Of a stretch of 64,000 bases of DNA, positions 1 to 11,279 are shown one piece after another. The stretch comes from a virus. The position numbers and the translations under genes were made by a program. The stretch is taken from positions 32,001 through 96,000 of the IMG/VR virus record IMGVR_UViG_3300021399_000004. One strand, written 5' to 3'. Below the pieces are notes generated by a model. The model did no database searches. It saw only the letters and a program-made list of their open reading frames with translations, and was not told where the DNA came from. How positions within the stretch are numbered: the stretch's first letter is position 1; each line of letters opens with the position of its first letter.

Positions 1-126
1 TTTAATTACTCCTTTAAATTACCCTTCTTCATTACCATACAAATCTTTTAATATTGGTATAATTTCATCGAATGAATTATGTAGCATATGATCTTCCGTT
101 GCGTATAAAACCATCCCATATAACAT

Positions 127-669
127 CTAATTAATGCTAAAACTGCGGCGCCAATCCTTTTCATTTAAATGGTTAGTGCGAATATCAAAGTAATGGGCAA
201 AATTTTTCTTTTCTGCTTGCGTCTGTACTAAGCTCAGAACTTCTCGGAAAATAGAATTTGCAATTATGTCTGCTTTTTCTTCTGGGCTAATTGACTTATC
301 ATTTAATCTTTCTTTTTCTTTCTTGCTTGTTTCTTCTATTAAAGTTAAAATTTTATCTGCCATATACTTCCATCCATACAGCACTCCCATCTCGCACATA
401 GTGCCAATGGCGCTCTGCTCTGGACATAACACAGTATAATCACTATTCCAAAGCCGTTCAATATCTGCTTCGCAGATTTTTTCTGCAAGGTGATTATTCT
501 CTTCTTCTGTCATATTAGATTTATCATTAATGGACTTATTTTGTACTGGGCTGTATACTTCTCCAGGGATACATGCTTCTTTAAATTTATCATATTCTTC
601 TTGGCGCGCGAGGTTAGATCCATGTGTCATAATATCGCCGCCGAGGTATCCTAATGGCTGTTTAGACAT
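127..669 (-). CDS. Hypothetical phage protein; N-terminus resembles nucleoside 2-deoxyribosyltransferase-like proteins (weak)
   Basis: Open ORF of 180 aa; abuts 670..984; no TAG codons. Confidence 0.7.
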   Translation of the reverse strand: MSKQPLGYLGGDIMTHGSNLARQEEYDKFKEACIPGEVYSPVQNKSINDKSNMTEEENNHLAEKICEADIERLWNSDYTVLCPEQSAIGTMCEMGVLYGWKYMADKILTLIEETSKKEKERLNDKSISPEEKADIIANSIFREVLSLVQTQAEKKNFAHYFDIRTNHLNEKDWRRSFSIN

Positions 670-984
670 TTATTTTCCTCCAAATTTGTTTTGTTCATAA
701 TAATGCCAAGCATCATCATCCCATAATTTTTTAATATTTAAATTTTTATCGCAAAAATTTTGAATAATATTATTAATGATTGTATACATATCAGATGCTC
801 TCATACGCCAATTTTCTTTAGTAAATTCGCCACCATTGGCCTTCAAAGCATTTATATAATACTCTTCACTCCAAATTAATTTATCAGCCATATAAGTCAT
901 TCCTTCAACTATTCCTTGCTCATATTTCCCGCATGCTGTCTCTGGATTGTTATATAGCCGTTCAAATATATCAAAGTGACTCAT
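670..984 (-). CDS. Hypothetical protein
   Basis: Open ORF, 104 aa, contiguous with flanking minus-strand genes; shares a 'GxxYGxxYMADKL'-like segment with the neighbouring gene. Confidence 0.65.
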   Translation of the reverse strand: MSHFDIFERLYNNPETACGKYEQGIVEGMTYMADKLIWSEEYYINALKANGGEFTKENWRMRASDMYTIINNIIQNFCDKNLNIKKLWDDDAWHYYEQNKFGGK

Positions 985-1264
985 TCTTATTCTCCTTATG
1001 CGTCAAGTCCCAAAGAATATCATACATTTCTTGCTTAAAGCCTTCTGGTTGCTGCTCAACTGGCAGCATCCACCAAGCCAAACCTGCATCCGGATGACGA
1101 TTAAAATACTCATCAATCATTTCATCATAAATTGTACGCTTAGGCATATAATCACTCCTTTTAACACCAATTGATTCCTTCAACTTCATTGCCCCATACG
1201 TCCCAGCCTTCATGGTAACTTCGCGCGAAAAGCTCAATTCTTGGGGCATAACTAACTCGTTCAA
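971..1264 (-). CDS. Hypothetical protein
   Basis: Open ORF, 97 aa, overlaps the neighbouring starts/stops in operon fashion. Confidence 0.5.
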   Translation of the reverse strand: MNELVMPQELSFSREVTMKAGTYGAMKLKESIGVKRSDYMPKRTIYDEMIDEYFNRHPDAGLAWWMLPVEQQPEGFKQEMYDILWDLTHKENKNESL

Positions 1265-1694
1265 TCATTTGCCGCATAGTTTCTGGCTTTGTGCTATGGT
1301 CTCTTTTTTCTTCAAAAAATCCGGTTACTCCTTGACAGCGCTTACCATTTTCATCTACCTTATAAGGAAGAACTTTTTTAGTGCGAGCAAATAAACAATG
1401 CTCGGTTAATCCTCTATAATATTGACCTAAGCCTTGCTTTTCTTTCATCCACGTAATCATAGTAACATACTGGAAACCCCACGCTTTAATTACTTGGAGT
1501 GCATCGGGCAAAAAATTATTTGTTGTCCATAAATATAAATGGCATCCTTCTTCTGGATTATAAAGTGTTTGGACAGGTAAAGCACAAATATCTTTGGTTG
1601 TCATTAATGGATAATGCGCATCGGCGCCACGTTTAATTTGGCCGCCACCTTTTTCCATCCAAGGTGGATCTGCGTAAATTGTTTTATAAAACAT
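1161..1694 (-). CDS. MT-A70-family adenine methyltransferase
   Basis: 'YADPPW' catalytic motif near the N-terminus, 'LYLWTTNNFLPDAL', 'KPETMRQMIERVSYAPRIELFAR' typical of MT-A70-like DNA methyltransferases. Confidence 0.85.
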   Translation of the reverse strand: MFYKTIYADPPWMEKGGGQIKRGADAHYPLMTTKDICALPVQTLYNPEEGCHLYLWTTNNFLPDALQVIKAWGFQYVTMITWMKEKQGLGQYYRGLTEHCLFARTKKVLPYKVDENGKRCQGVTGFFEEKRDHSTKPETMRQMIERVSYAPRIELFARSYHEGWDVWGNEVEGINWC

Positions 1695-1705
1695 TTTAAT
1701 CTCCT

Positions 1706-2008
1706 TTAATCTAGCGTAGATAGATAATAATGAATTGCTTCTTTGTCATCCTTCTCTTCGAGATAATTTAAGACTCTTTCGTCATACTTATAATATAATT
1801 CACTATAAAGACTCGCCAGATTATCCTCATGCTGCTCATACCAATACCAGCATTTGTGATTTAAAACCATAATTAGCTCAGTAAGATATGCAATATTATC
1901 TCTCCATGCATAAAATGCGCGGAAGGCAGTATCATTAATTGCATCAAGCCCAAACTTTTCTGCGATAGAAAAATCATCCCAAAAAGTTGTAATGTATTTA
2001 TAATCCAT
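1706..2008 (-). CDS. Hypothetical acidic protein
   Basis: Open ORF, 100 aa, in operon with its neighbours. Confidence 0.55.
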   Translation of the reverse strand: MDYKYITTFWDDFSIAEKFGLDAINDTAFRAFYAWRDNIAYLTELIMVLNHKCWYWYEQHEDNLASLYSELYYKYDERVLNYLEEKDDKEAIHYYLSTLD

Positions 2009-2120
2009 ACTTTTGCTCCTTTTTTTCTTTTATTATATCATGAGTTTAGAAAAAAGTCAAATAAATAAAAATACTTTTGACACATAGATATTATATCAAC
2101 GAGAGCACCCTATTGAATAT

Positions 2121-3107
2121 TTAATCACCTTTTTGATATATATAAATTAACTCAGAATTATCATTTTCGTCACCATTTCTTTTAGTGCGATTGCGTTGCG
2201 TTAATAATTCTGTCCCAATAAAATGAAATCCATTATTTTCAATAATTTCTTTTGTATCCGTTGCTATGCTATATTCTTTTAAATTTTTTATATTAATAGC
2301 AAAATATCCATGCGTAATTAAATATTTATATATATTTTTAATTGTCGGACTCATATATGAAGTTAGCCACTCATTATAAGTCATTCCATCTTTATATGAT
2401 TGATTACCAATTTTATAATTTTCTAAGTTAAAATACGGAGGGGAGCTAAAAGCTAGTCCCATTTTATTTTCCCATTCTGGAATAAACTCTTCACTACCAT
2501 GAGCTCGTATATCTACTTCTGATTTATTATTAATAATAGTTTTCCAATCATTTGTTAATTCATTTAATTTATTAACTAATAAATAATTTGGTTCTGTACC
2601 ATAATAATTAATATTTTTTCGAAGCGCACTCATTAAGCGCACTCCCCAACCACAACTAAAGTCATAATAATTATTATTTATATTATATTTTGATAATATA
2701 TTATTAGAGGCTTTGATGGGAAACTGAGTTGGAAATTGAGCATAAGATTTACCACCAAGTCTAAGTGCAGTCTCAATATTAATGATTAACGGATTTTCTG
2801 GTGGATAAAAGCTTGTATTGCTTAAAACTTTAGATTTAAATATACCTAATAATTCTTTTGACTCCAATACTTCAGCTAATGACCATCGAGCCTCTGAGGA
2901 CTAAACCTAAGCCATTAATTCTTTAAAATAATACTAATTAATTTTATTACATCTTACACCAGTACCTGCAATCTTTTTCATCTATTCATATACTTCTTTT
3001 AATGCGGGCTTTGCATAACATTCTGCCTATATCTATTGACGTTCCTCTTCAGAAATTGGCATAGTATGTTTTGTTTCAATAGTTTTACCTTTATATGATA
3101 CTTTCAT
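2121..3107 (-). CDS. DNA methyltransferase (N6-adenine type), TAG-recoded
   Basis: Supplied ORF 2121..2867 extends upstream in the same frame through TAG codons to ATG at 3107 (MKVSYKGKTIETKHTMPISEEERQQ...). Motifs 'YYDFSCGWGVRLMSA' and 'FSSPPYFNLENY'. Ends TAA/TGA. Confidence 0.8.
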
Positions 3108-3166
3108 ATTATACCCCCATTTTTATTTCTATTTTATTATAACATAAAAATCTAAAAAAGTCAAAT

Positions 3167-3194
3167 AAAAAAAGAGGGACGCCATCGGCGTCCC
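3167..3194 (-). terminator. Rho-independent terminator of the ligase/ClpP/PhoH operon
   Basis: GGGACGCC-ATC-GGCGTCCC hairpin followed (minus strand) by a T-run, just after the PhoH stop. Confidence 0.8.
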
Positions 3195-3202
3195 CCGAGT
3201 TA

Positions 3203-4441
3203 AATTGGAGGCCTCATTAAATCACACATTTGTGCAACGCTTCCTCGCTCAGATTTTAATAATTTAACCGCTCCAAATAATGGCTGTCCAGAAAGGTGCT
3301 GCAACATAGATTTTATACCGTTATTTTTTTCAAAACGGTGATTATCAATCTAAGCAACGTCTCCGCAAAAAATTAATTCACTACTTTCTTCAATACGACT
3401 CATTAACAATGTTACTAATTTATCATTCATATTTTCACATTCATCACAAATTACTATTGTGTTTTTAATGGATCTTCCACGAATGTGTGACAGAGGGAAG
3501 ATTTCAATAATTCCATCAAGAATTAATTGATTAAGCATGTCTTGCCCACCTAAATGATCTGCGATAGGCCCTCCCCAGATAGACATTTTATCTGTTATAT
3601 TACCTGGTAGATAACCTATATCATTTGTATCGGCAACAATAATATTATTACGCACAAATAATAATTTTGCGAAGCGTCCTTTATAAACCTATTCAAGAGC
3701 ATATGTTAAAGCCATTAGAGTTTTTCCGCCGCCCCAAGCGGAAGTTAATAATTTTACTTTGACATCTTGATTTTGTAATAAATCAAAAGCCATTTTCTAT
3801 TCAATATTCCTAGGACGTAAAACCTCATCAAGATAAGGATTTTTTATTTCTTTATATCTTAAATTACGATATTCTTTCCCGTTCCAGACCAATATGTCTT
3901 TTAAATTGTTATCAACAAAAATTTCTGCAAATTCATTTACCTTGCAATTTAAAATATTCATTTTTTTATCACTGTATAACATATTTAGTTGATCTTCAGT
4001 GGGATAATGTTTACTCCAGCCGCAATATTCTTCTTTTTCCTATTCTTCCTAATCTCCGAAGAAGTCTGCTGTAATATGAGACATTTGTGTTGCGAAAAGA
4101 TATTGTGCGCCATCACTGGTTATAAAATGTACTGATTCACAACTATTGCGGCCGAGCCATTCTGCTTCTGCCAATATTAAATGATCATTAGTTTCAGTAA
4201 GGAAATCATATTTTTCAATAATCTTTTTTAAGGCTTTCTATGAAACATGCTGATACATTATATCTTGTTTATTAATAATTTCCCGCACTGCTACACGCGC
4301 CTAATATTTAATTTGTTCATTTTTATTAGACTGCTTAATGTTCTCTAATTCAGTAAGAACTAAGGGGCTTACATAAACAGTACCATATTTATGCAAGCCC
4401 CCATTTAGTATAGCAGAAGTATCTAAAAAATGGATCACCAT
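3203..4441 (-). CDS. phoH: PIN-PhoH family ATPase, TAG-recoded
   Basis: TAG read-through joins 3350..3655 and 3797..3982 with upstream sequence. N-term PIN-like 'IHFLDTSAILNGG...VYVSPLVLTELENIK', Walker A 'LLTSAWGGGKTLMALTYALE', 'RGRSIKNTIVICDECENM'. 412 aa, ends TAA at 3203. Confidence 0.85.
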
Positions 4442-5067
4442 TATTCATCACTTCCAATAATTTTATCAATTAGATTATATTCCTTCATTTCTTCAGCGGT
4501 CAAAAACCATTGATGACGTGTCTTTGAATCAAATTGCTCTGCGGTGATATTAGTATTGTCTAAAATAAATTGACGAATCCTTTCATCAACATGCTCATTA
4601 AAAGCCATAATATCAGAGGCAGTCTTTGATTCGCTAGCAGTTAATGCTACATATCCATCATGGATTAAACCGTAAGTGCTTGGATAGCAATAACGAGTAA
4701 CGTTATCGTTATGCCCGCCGGCCGCCAAAAGAACCGTGGCCATTGAAGCTGCGTAGCCGGCAACAATTATATTCAGCGGCTTCCGATATTGGCTAATGTA
4801 ATTCGCCAAATAGAAGCTATCAGAAACTGAACCACCAGGAGAATTTAAGATTAGTGTAACTGGCTGTGAATCACTATCCTCTTCAAAATCCTTAAGAGGT
4901 AGATACACCGCCTCAAAAATGTCCTCTTCAATTTCCTTATTAAAGATTACAGTTCTCTTATCAAAGAGCTGATGAAAATACTGATATGTTGCAGGGTCTA
5001 CAACGGGACCGCTTAAGAAGGAAAAAATTTCAGGTAATTCTAACATTTTGCCTCCTCGTTGCTTCAA
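4441..5067 (-). CDS. ClpP-like serine protease
   Basis: 'VTLILNSPGGSVSDSFYLANYI', 'GYAASMATVLLAAGG', 'STYGLIHDGY' (ClpP fold). Confidence 0.85.
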   Translation of the reverse strand: MKQRGGKMLELPEIFSFLSGPVVDPATYQYFHQLFDKRTVIFNKEIEEDIFEAVYLPLKDFEEDSDSQPVTLILNSPGGSVSDSFYLANYISQYRKPLNIIVAGYAASMATVLLAAGGHNDNVTRYCYPSTYGLIHDGYVALTASESKTASDIMAFNEHVDERIRQFILDNTNITAEQFDSKTRHQWFLTAEEMKEYNLIDKIIGSDE

Positions 5068-5076
5068 GGAAGCAAC

Positions 5077-6270
5077 TTAATTATTCTTTAGAATTTTATT
5101 TAAAGTACAATCTTCTGGATCAATATCTTCCAATCGAATACTATGCAAATATGGATGTCTAACGCTAATTTCAGTTTTTGCATCACTTAACATCATGCCA
5201 CCAATAGTTACTGGACACATATAATATTTTTCAAAATTATCCCGAAGCTCTGTTTTAAAATCATCTGTTAGTCCAGCAACTTTACATAGCTCAATAATTT
5301 CATGGTTATCATTATAAACGCCGACATAAATTGCGCCTGGCAGGTTATAAAAATAACCCTTACTAACTGGGATTACATTCTTCCCTACTTGGTAGTCTCC
5401 AAAGTAATCTCCAAAAAGTTTTTCACCAGTGCGCATATCCTCCCAGAATTGCCAAGTGCCAGGCTCTTTGCCAGTATAAGCCTTTGCGGCAGGCTCAGTA
5501 CGAAGGATAAAACAATCAATTAAATTTTCTAGTTCGCGTTTAACCTTTAAAGTTTTATGCGCAGTACGCTTATCAGGCTCAGGTTTTCCTTGCTCATTAT
5601 AACATACTACGCCTTCGCCGCCACTTGCAAAAATATCAGAGAGATAGTTGTAAAAATTATTGTCCATCTTATGGTACGGCGCACAACTTACAAGAGGATG
5701 GTTAATTCTTTCAACCGCTCGCTTTACATATTCTTGACGTTCAATCCATGGAGTTTGCATTAAATCTTCACCGTCATAGTACCAAACATCGAAAATATAC
5801 CATCTGAGTTTCTGACCTCTAAATTCATTATTCTCAATGTCACGCTTATCTTTAGCAGTGAATTTTACTTTAGATTGAATTTTATGGTAATATTCATCAT
5901 CTTGAATACTTAGCGATTTTTCAGCTCCTGCGCGCAAAATCGAACCAATGTTGCGGTCAATCGCGCCTTCAAGCCAAATCTCTCCCATAATGCGGGTGGG
6001 CTTATCAAAAGCCTTTGCTACGGCATCAAAGAAAAATAATTTATCTTCTAATCGCCCGTATTCTCCAGTAACTTTAGATACACCACGGCTGATTAATCGT
6101 TTATCGCCATCAAAATCACAAATGAAAGCAGAATAATTACCATCAATTTTCCTTTGAAAAGAATAATTACCACTAATAATCATCTTTTCAATTTCACTCT
6201 TTTGTCTTTCTTTTGAGTATGAAGCTGGGAAAGACCAATATTTTTCAGGAGATAACTCTCTTAGTAACAT
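5077..6270 (-). CDS. ATP-dependent DNA ligase family protein
   Basis: Nucleotidyltransferase motifs 'YSFQRKIDGNYSAF', 'RIMGEIWLEGA', 'SGGEGVVCYNEQ', 'KTLKVKRE'. Confidence 0.8.
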   Translation of the reverse strand: MLLRELSPEKYWSFPASYSKERQKSEIEKMIISGNYSFQRKIDGNYSAFICDFDGDKRLISRGVSKVTGEYGRLEDKLFFFDAVAKAFDKPTRIMGEIWLEGAIDRNIGSILRAGAEKSLSIQDDEYYHKIQSKVKFTAKDKRDIENNEFRGQKLRWYIFDVWYYDGEDLMQTPWIERQEYVKRAVERINHPLVSCAPYHKMDNNFYNYLSDIFASGGEGVVCYNEQGKPEPDKRTAHKTLKVKRELENLIDCFILRTEPAAKAYTGKEPGTWQFWEDMRTGEKLFGDYFGDYQVGKNVIPVSKGYFYNLPGAIYVGVYNDNHEIIELCKVAGLTDDFKTELRDNFEKYYMCPVTIGGMMLSDAKTEISVRHPYLHSIRLEDIDPEDCTLNKILKNN

Positions 6271-6833
6271 TCACCAAGGCCCTCCATTTCCTTAATTAAG
6301 TTGGCCGCCTTCTCTTCTAATTCCAGCAAGCCCTTATCATTTTTAATTTTATAATTAAAATATTTATAATTATCCAAAGACGTCTCGCTTGGATGAGTTG
6401 CTTGTTCTGAATTTAAGGCAGGGTTTAGCCAAGGATAACCATTTTCATAACGGTCAATCCTTATACTTATTGCGCCAGGGTTACGAAAACATACTCCTGT
6501 AATTTCATTTTCAAATCTCGCATCAGGGATTAATACATAATCAAATTCTTTGCATTCTCCCATAACAGCGATAAACCTACTAATTATGTCTACCCAATAA
6601 TTTTTATCATGCGCGCGCACTTGGTCTGTGCCAAGCTTTTGCAGAAGCGAGCGCCCGCTAATATCTTTAACTCCATTCCAATTGAAATAATCTCTTGCAA
6701 TCCACTTTACTGGGTCGGCGAAATGCGTGATGAGTACTTTTTTACCCATCTGCTCCAGTAGAATTTTCAGCATATTCGCAAAAGTATCTTTACCAGAGCC
6801 ACTTTTACCGCTGATCAGAATTACTTGCATCAT
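6261..6833 (-). CDS. Deoxynucleoside monophosphate kinase-like P-loop protein
   Basis: P-loop 'ILISGKSGSGKDTFANML', 'THFADPVKWIARDYF', 'YVLIPDARFENEI'. Confidence 0.75.
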   Translation of the reverse strand: MMQVILISGKSGSGKDTFANMLKILLEQMGKKVLITHFADPVKWIARDYFNWNGVKDISGRSLLQKLGTDQVRAHDKNYWVDIISRFIAVMGECKEFDYVLIPDARFENEITGVCFRNPGAISIRIDRYENGYPWLNPALNSEQATHPSETSLDNYKYFNYKIKNDKGLLELEEKAANLIKEMEGLGECY

Positions 6834-7026
6834 TCGCTAGAGCCTCCATTTTTGTCCTAAAAGCAAATTCATAAAATTCACTTTCTTCTTCAGTAGGAGC
6901 GTTCGCAATAATTTTACTTAGAAAAAAACTTGCTGACTCTACATCCATAGTCAAAGCAATATCAAAAGCTATATCTGCGACTTCTCTTGCTGTATCTGAT
7001 ATATTAGGAAATAATTCAATTGCCAT
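6805..7026 (-). CDS. Hypothetical protein
   Basis: Open ORF, 73 aa, overlaps the kinase start. Confidence 0.5.
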   Translation of the reverse strand: MAIELFPNISDTAREVADIAFDIALTMDVESASFFLSKIIANAPTEEESEFYEFAFRTKMEALANDASNSDQR

Positions 7027-7345
7027 TTTTTTGACTCTCCTAAATTAAATCATTTATAATTTTAAAGAAAGCTTCAACCTCTTCTCTAGTTTGTAATTCA
7101 ATTTTACGCTTACGAGGAGGGGCTTTACGTTCATCGTCATCTGGCATAGTGATTACATAATATTTCATATCGCCAGTATTTATATCTTCTGTCTGCGCGC
7201 AAAGTAATGCGCCAGTTTTTATACTAATATATTTTAAAGTATTAAGTTTATCATCGGAATCTTTTTCTGTTAAATAGATGCCTGATTTAAACTAATCTTT
7301 AAAACCAACAAACTCATCACGAGTTACTTCATACATTTCATCCAT
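7016..7345 (-). CDS. Hypothetical protein, TAG-recoded
   Basis: Missing from the ORF track. With TAG=Q: MDEMYEVTRDEFVGFKDQFKSGIYLTEKD...EEVEAFFKIINDLIQESQKNGN, ending TGA; start overlaps the RNase H stop. Confidence 0.65.
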
Positions 7346-7853
7346 TGCCAGTACCTCGCCATTTAAATTTTAGTTCTTGGGAAGCATCCTGAGCGAGCGT
7401 ATCACAACGATTATTCCAATAGTTATCAGCATGGCCTTTTACTTTGCAAAAGTGATACCAATAATTATCAAAATAAGGAATGATTTCCATCCATAGGTCT
7501 TGATTGGCAACAGGTTGCTTTTTTGCATTTTCCCATCCATTTAGCTGCCAATTAATGTACCAATCTTGTTGATAGCAATTAATAGCATAGGCAGAATCAC
7601 TATAGATAATAACTTGTTCGTTCTGTCTACGATTTTCTTTTGCATACTCAAGAGCCTTAAGAATAGCCATCAATTCCATACGTTGGTTGGTGGTATCGTA
7701 CTCTCCGCCAGAAGCGTTATAAATCATGTTATCACCGCGAACTACGACAAAAGCCCAGCCACCAAACTTAGCTCCTGCGCCCGCAGTTTTAAGTGAACCG
7801 TCGGTGTAAATTTCTAAAGGGATAACATGAGTACGACTTCTACGCTCACTCAT
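7338..7853 (-). CDS. Ribonuclease H
   Basis: 'LEIYTDGSLKTAGAGAKFGGWAF', 'TTNQRMELMAILKALE', 'QVIIYSDSAYAIN', 'KVKGHADNYWNNRCDTLAQ'. Confidence 0.9.
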   Translation of the reverse strand: MSERRSRTHVIPLEIYTDGSLKTAGAGAKFGGWAFVVVRGDNMIYNASGGEYDTTNQRMELMAILKALEYAKENRRQNEQVIIYSDSAYAINCYQQDWYINWQLNGWENAKKQPVANQDLWMEIIPYFDNYWYHFCKVKGHADNYWNNRCDTLAQDASQELKFKWRGTGNG

Positions 7854-7914
7854 AAGATACTTCCTCCTTATCTTTTATTTAATTATAATCCATTTTTTTA
7901 AAAAAGTCAAATAC

Positions 7915-8154
7915 TTATAGAGAATTTTCGTCATCTACTGGGGCCTGCTCTTCCTCAACTTTTACCTCAGGTAAGCCTGCGACAGAAGTTAGGATAGATA
8001 GTACGGCCGCTGTTGCGGATACAGATAGGACGGAAACCCAGTTGACTTCTAGAATACCAATTAGATCACCACTTAACATGCCTACTGCGGTTTGAGCAAA
8101 AGTTTTTAGCGCGCGAATGCCTGCGGCTGCGGCCCATTTCTTAAAGTTCGTCAT
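7915..8154 (-). CDS. Holin (r1t-like)
   Basis: 'WAAAAGIRALKTFAQTAVGML...EVNWVSVLSVSATAAVLSILTSVAGLPEV' matches the characteristic r1t-type holin pattern. Confidence 0.8.
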   Translation of the reverse strand: MTNFKKWAAAAGIRALKTFAQTAVGMLSGDLIGILEVNWVSVLSVSATAAVLSILTSVAGLPEVKVEEEQAPVDDENSL

Positions 8155-8172
8155 AGTAATTACCTCCTTCTA

Positions 8173-8604
8173 TTATAGGAAATCATTTTTCTCTAAGCGT
8201 TCTGCGTATAGCTTAGATATGTATTCATATTCAGCATTAAATACACCGTTTGAATCATGGGTACGGTCAAGTAGGGAATGGTACTTATCATTTAATGCTA
8301 TAATATGATGATACTCGTCTTTGGTGTGTTTTCTGCCATTGCGGCAACTGTTTGCAAAATCTAATACTTCCCATCGAATGCGATCTTTTTCATTTTCTTC
8401 GGTTTGTTTGATAATATCGTTGACACTAGATTTAAGAATGCGAATTTCTTTTTCTAAGTCTTGATTAATTATTTTACCAAACCACCTAACGAAGGAAGTG
8501 ATTGGGTTCCATTTTATCGGCGTTATTTGGATAAAAATGGAACCGATAATGAATAACTGGATTATATTTTGAGAAATCCAAGTTATTATTTGTTCTGGTG
8601 TCAT
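8173..8604 (-). CDS. Hypothetical membrane-anchored protein
   Basis: N-terminal hydrophobic segment followed by a charged helical region; 143 aa. Confidence 0.6.
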   Translation of the reverse strand: MTPEQIITWISQNIIQLFIIGSIFIQITPIKWNPITSFVRWFGKIINQDLEKEIRILKSSVNDIIKQTEENEKDRIRWEVLDFANSCRNGRKHTKDEYHHIIALNDKYHSLLDRTHDSNGVFNAEYEYISKLYAERLEKNDFL

Positions 8605-8618
8605 TTAGCCTTACCTCC

Positions 8619-11261
8619 TTATGATGGTAGTTCATTTACTGCTCCAACAAGTTTATCAATAAAATCTAGGAAACCAGCAGCAAAGGTTATATTAATAGAT
8701 ACTTCACTGCTGGCTTTTCTCCCAATGAAATTCCAATCAGATGGCGTCGCAAAGGTTTGTACTCCATCATTTCCCGCCCAACTTCTTGGAGTATGATTTT
8801 CAATGGTAGCTTGAATTCTTTGATCAGTAGGAATACCTTCAGTTTTGTGAATCATCTGATCTATATATTCTTTAGTCTAAAAAATTAAATATGACTATGG
8901 GACTAATACACCATTTAATTCATATAGATGTAAAAATTTTGGATCTCCAGCTTCTTCTACCTTAGATAATATTCTTTTAACCTCTGCCCCGCTGTCATTG
9001 AATAGTAGGACACTAGCTATCGCGGAAAAAATATTTTCCAAGTGCGACCGTTCTTTCTCAGCAACCAATCCAGGAGCCGCATTGCAAACCATGGTTGTTA
9101 ATATTTTTACATCAGGTAATGTTATTCCTCCAGCTTTTGCCATGAATGCGATATTTTCTAATTGTCGATTAATAGTACTGCCGAGTGTTCCGCCATGAAA
9201 ACCCATATCTTTAGAAAAATATGCATGATAATTTTTAACTGTTTCACTGATTTGAATATAATTCTTTAAGGTACTTATAGCTTTTTGATCGTCTTTGATT
9301 GAAATAATAGCTTTTTGATCTTCCTTATAAAAATAAATATTAGAAAAAGTTAATGACCCTAGATTCCATGCTTTGTCTATTTCACGCTCTACGACGGTTT
9401 GAAGGCGGTCTAATGCTCCCTCTGTTTGTTTTAGATCTGCCTCTGCGAGCATTGAATTTACTCTAACACCAGCCTCATCTCGAATGGCTCTAGCTTGTTT
9501 GAGTATTGTCCGAGAGCTTCTACGCAATTTTGGGTCTTTTTGATTAGCTTTGCTAGCAGTCATAGTCTAAATTCTAATAATTTCTGGCAAAGAATGGCTC
9601 ATTGCTTTTTCTAATTCTTCAGCTGCCTTATTTGGTGTTCCAATAAATTCTCCAATCACTATATCGGATTTTGTAGAAGTACCACTAGATAAACCAGTTA
9701 AATTATCAATACAACATTTTTTTAAGTCTCTCTAAGGTAGCATTTCAATTAAGCTAGAAGCAGCAGATGATTCAGCAATAGCAGATGGGCGAAAATGAAA
9801 TTTGGCTTGATGTTGCGTGGATACTAAAATATCTTTAATATGTTGAATAATTTTTTCTCCATCTAATCGCCTGTTGGCTGTTTTACTGTCTGAGAAAATC
9901 GTAGTAATAATATCTAATACTTTACTACGTGCATTTTTTTCTGCATCTTGGATAATTTTGTCTAGCTTTTCTTTTTGTTTTTCGCTTAAATTTTGATAAT
10001 TATTTTTAATCCACTATTCACAAGCTAAAAAAACTTCTGAAGCTATTCGTGTTAATCCTCGGATAGTTGTTCTGGCCTCTGTATTCCCTACGCTAAGGTT
10101 TTGAGGCAGGTCTTCAATTTTATATAGCTACATTAATCGTTCAACTTCACGATCATTTTCGTCAGCTTGCAGCTAATAAAAACGGGTTAATTGTCTATTA
10201 AAATTAGATGTTTCAGACGTCGCAAATACATCTCTAGTTAATTCTACATCCGTTGCATGATTATTTGTCTCTACTCGTGCATCTATTGTATGCCGCAAAG
10301 CACTAATAAACTGTTCTATTATCTAATTAACCTCTGATTCATCTAACGCGGCATTAGAAGATAAATATGGATTTTTAGCATAAGCGAAGATTGCTGAACG
10401 ATTAATTCTCATAAAATTTTCTAATAAAAAGGGTAACATCGTCATGTCAATATCTATATCTTTTGGCCGGCCTTTTAATAAAAGTTCTTTAATTGTATTA
10501 TTAAAACTTCTATCAGTCATAATTTTATCATAGCATAACTGCAATGCTTTTGCACAATGAGCAGCTAACGTTTCTGTTGCTTCTTGTATTGCTTGTAAAT
10601 CTTTTTTTTCTTTGTCAGACGTTGTTTTTCTTAGTAACTTAGATTCAATAAAGCCTTCCCAAGCCTAGTCTTGTTTATCATTATTCATTTCTCTCATGTT
10701 CTTGCTGCGACTACGCTATAAGGTAGCCCTATTATGGTGTTCAGCCCATTTATTGGCATAGATAGATATGCTACGTTGACTTAAGTTCTCAAATTCCTCT
10801 CTCTATTTTTGTATAATACGTAAGCGTTTTTGCTCTACGTCTAATAAAAATTTTAAATCATTAGTACTCTATGAATTGAGCTAATTAATCAATGCTATAA
10901 AAGGAAAAAAATTTTTGTTATGATATGCTTCATCAAGCGCTGATTCTAATTTAGTTTTAGTTTGACTGCCAAAATTATTATTATTTGAAATTTGTGTTGA
11001 AAAAAATAAATTTTCACTGTTAAGTGATCGCTTATACATGCGATTTAAAAAATTAAGAATTTCTTGATATACAGCGGTTAAATCTTTCCTTCTGCCCTTG
11101 TCACTAGTATGATAAGCAAGTCCAGCTTTTGCTTCTGTCCATAAATCCTAACCATATGTTTGTAATGAAGAAAAATATAAATATCTTTTACCTGGCTGAA
11201 ACTGAGATAACGGATAGCCAACACCATAGTATTCATTGCCAGGATGTCCTTCTATTGCCAT
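8619..11261 (-). CDS. Large hypothetical protein (about 880 aa), TAG-recoded
   Basis: Supplied ORFs 8619..8855, 8895..9563 and 10323..10544 share one frame, separated only by TAG. I read the intervening triplets and found no TAA/TGA. Starts MAIEGHPGNEYYGVGYPLSQFQPGKRYLYF. Confidence 0.8.
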
Positions 11262-11279
11262 CCCCTCACCCCCTAAAAT

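Noticed and set aside
4441-5067. ClpP-like gene as the prohead protease of a packaging module
   Set aside because: It sits with PhoH, ligase and nucleotide-metabolism genes and no portal, terminase or capsid gene is recognisable nearby, so I do not assign a head-maturation role.
8998-9198. Opposite-strand ORFs from the track (e.g. 8998..9198 +, 1212..1394 +, 5302..5523 +, 12220..12495 +, 13325..13888 +, 59015..59335 -, 32434..32733 +)
   Set aside because: They lie antisense to or out of frame with well-supported genes, with unlikely composition; probable chance ORFs.
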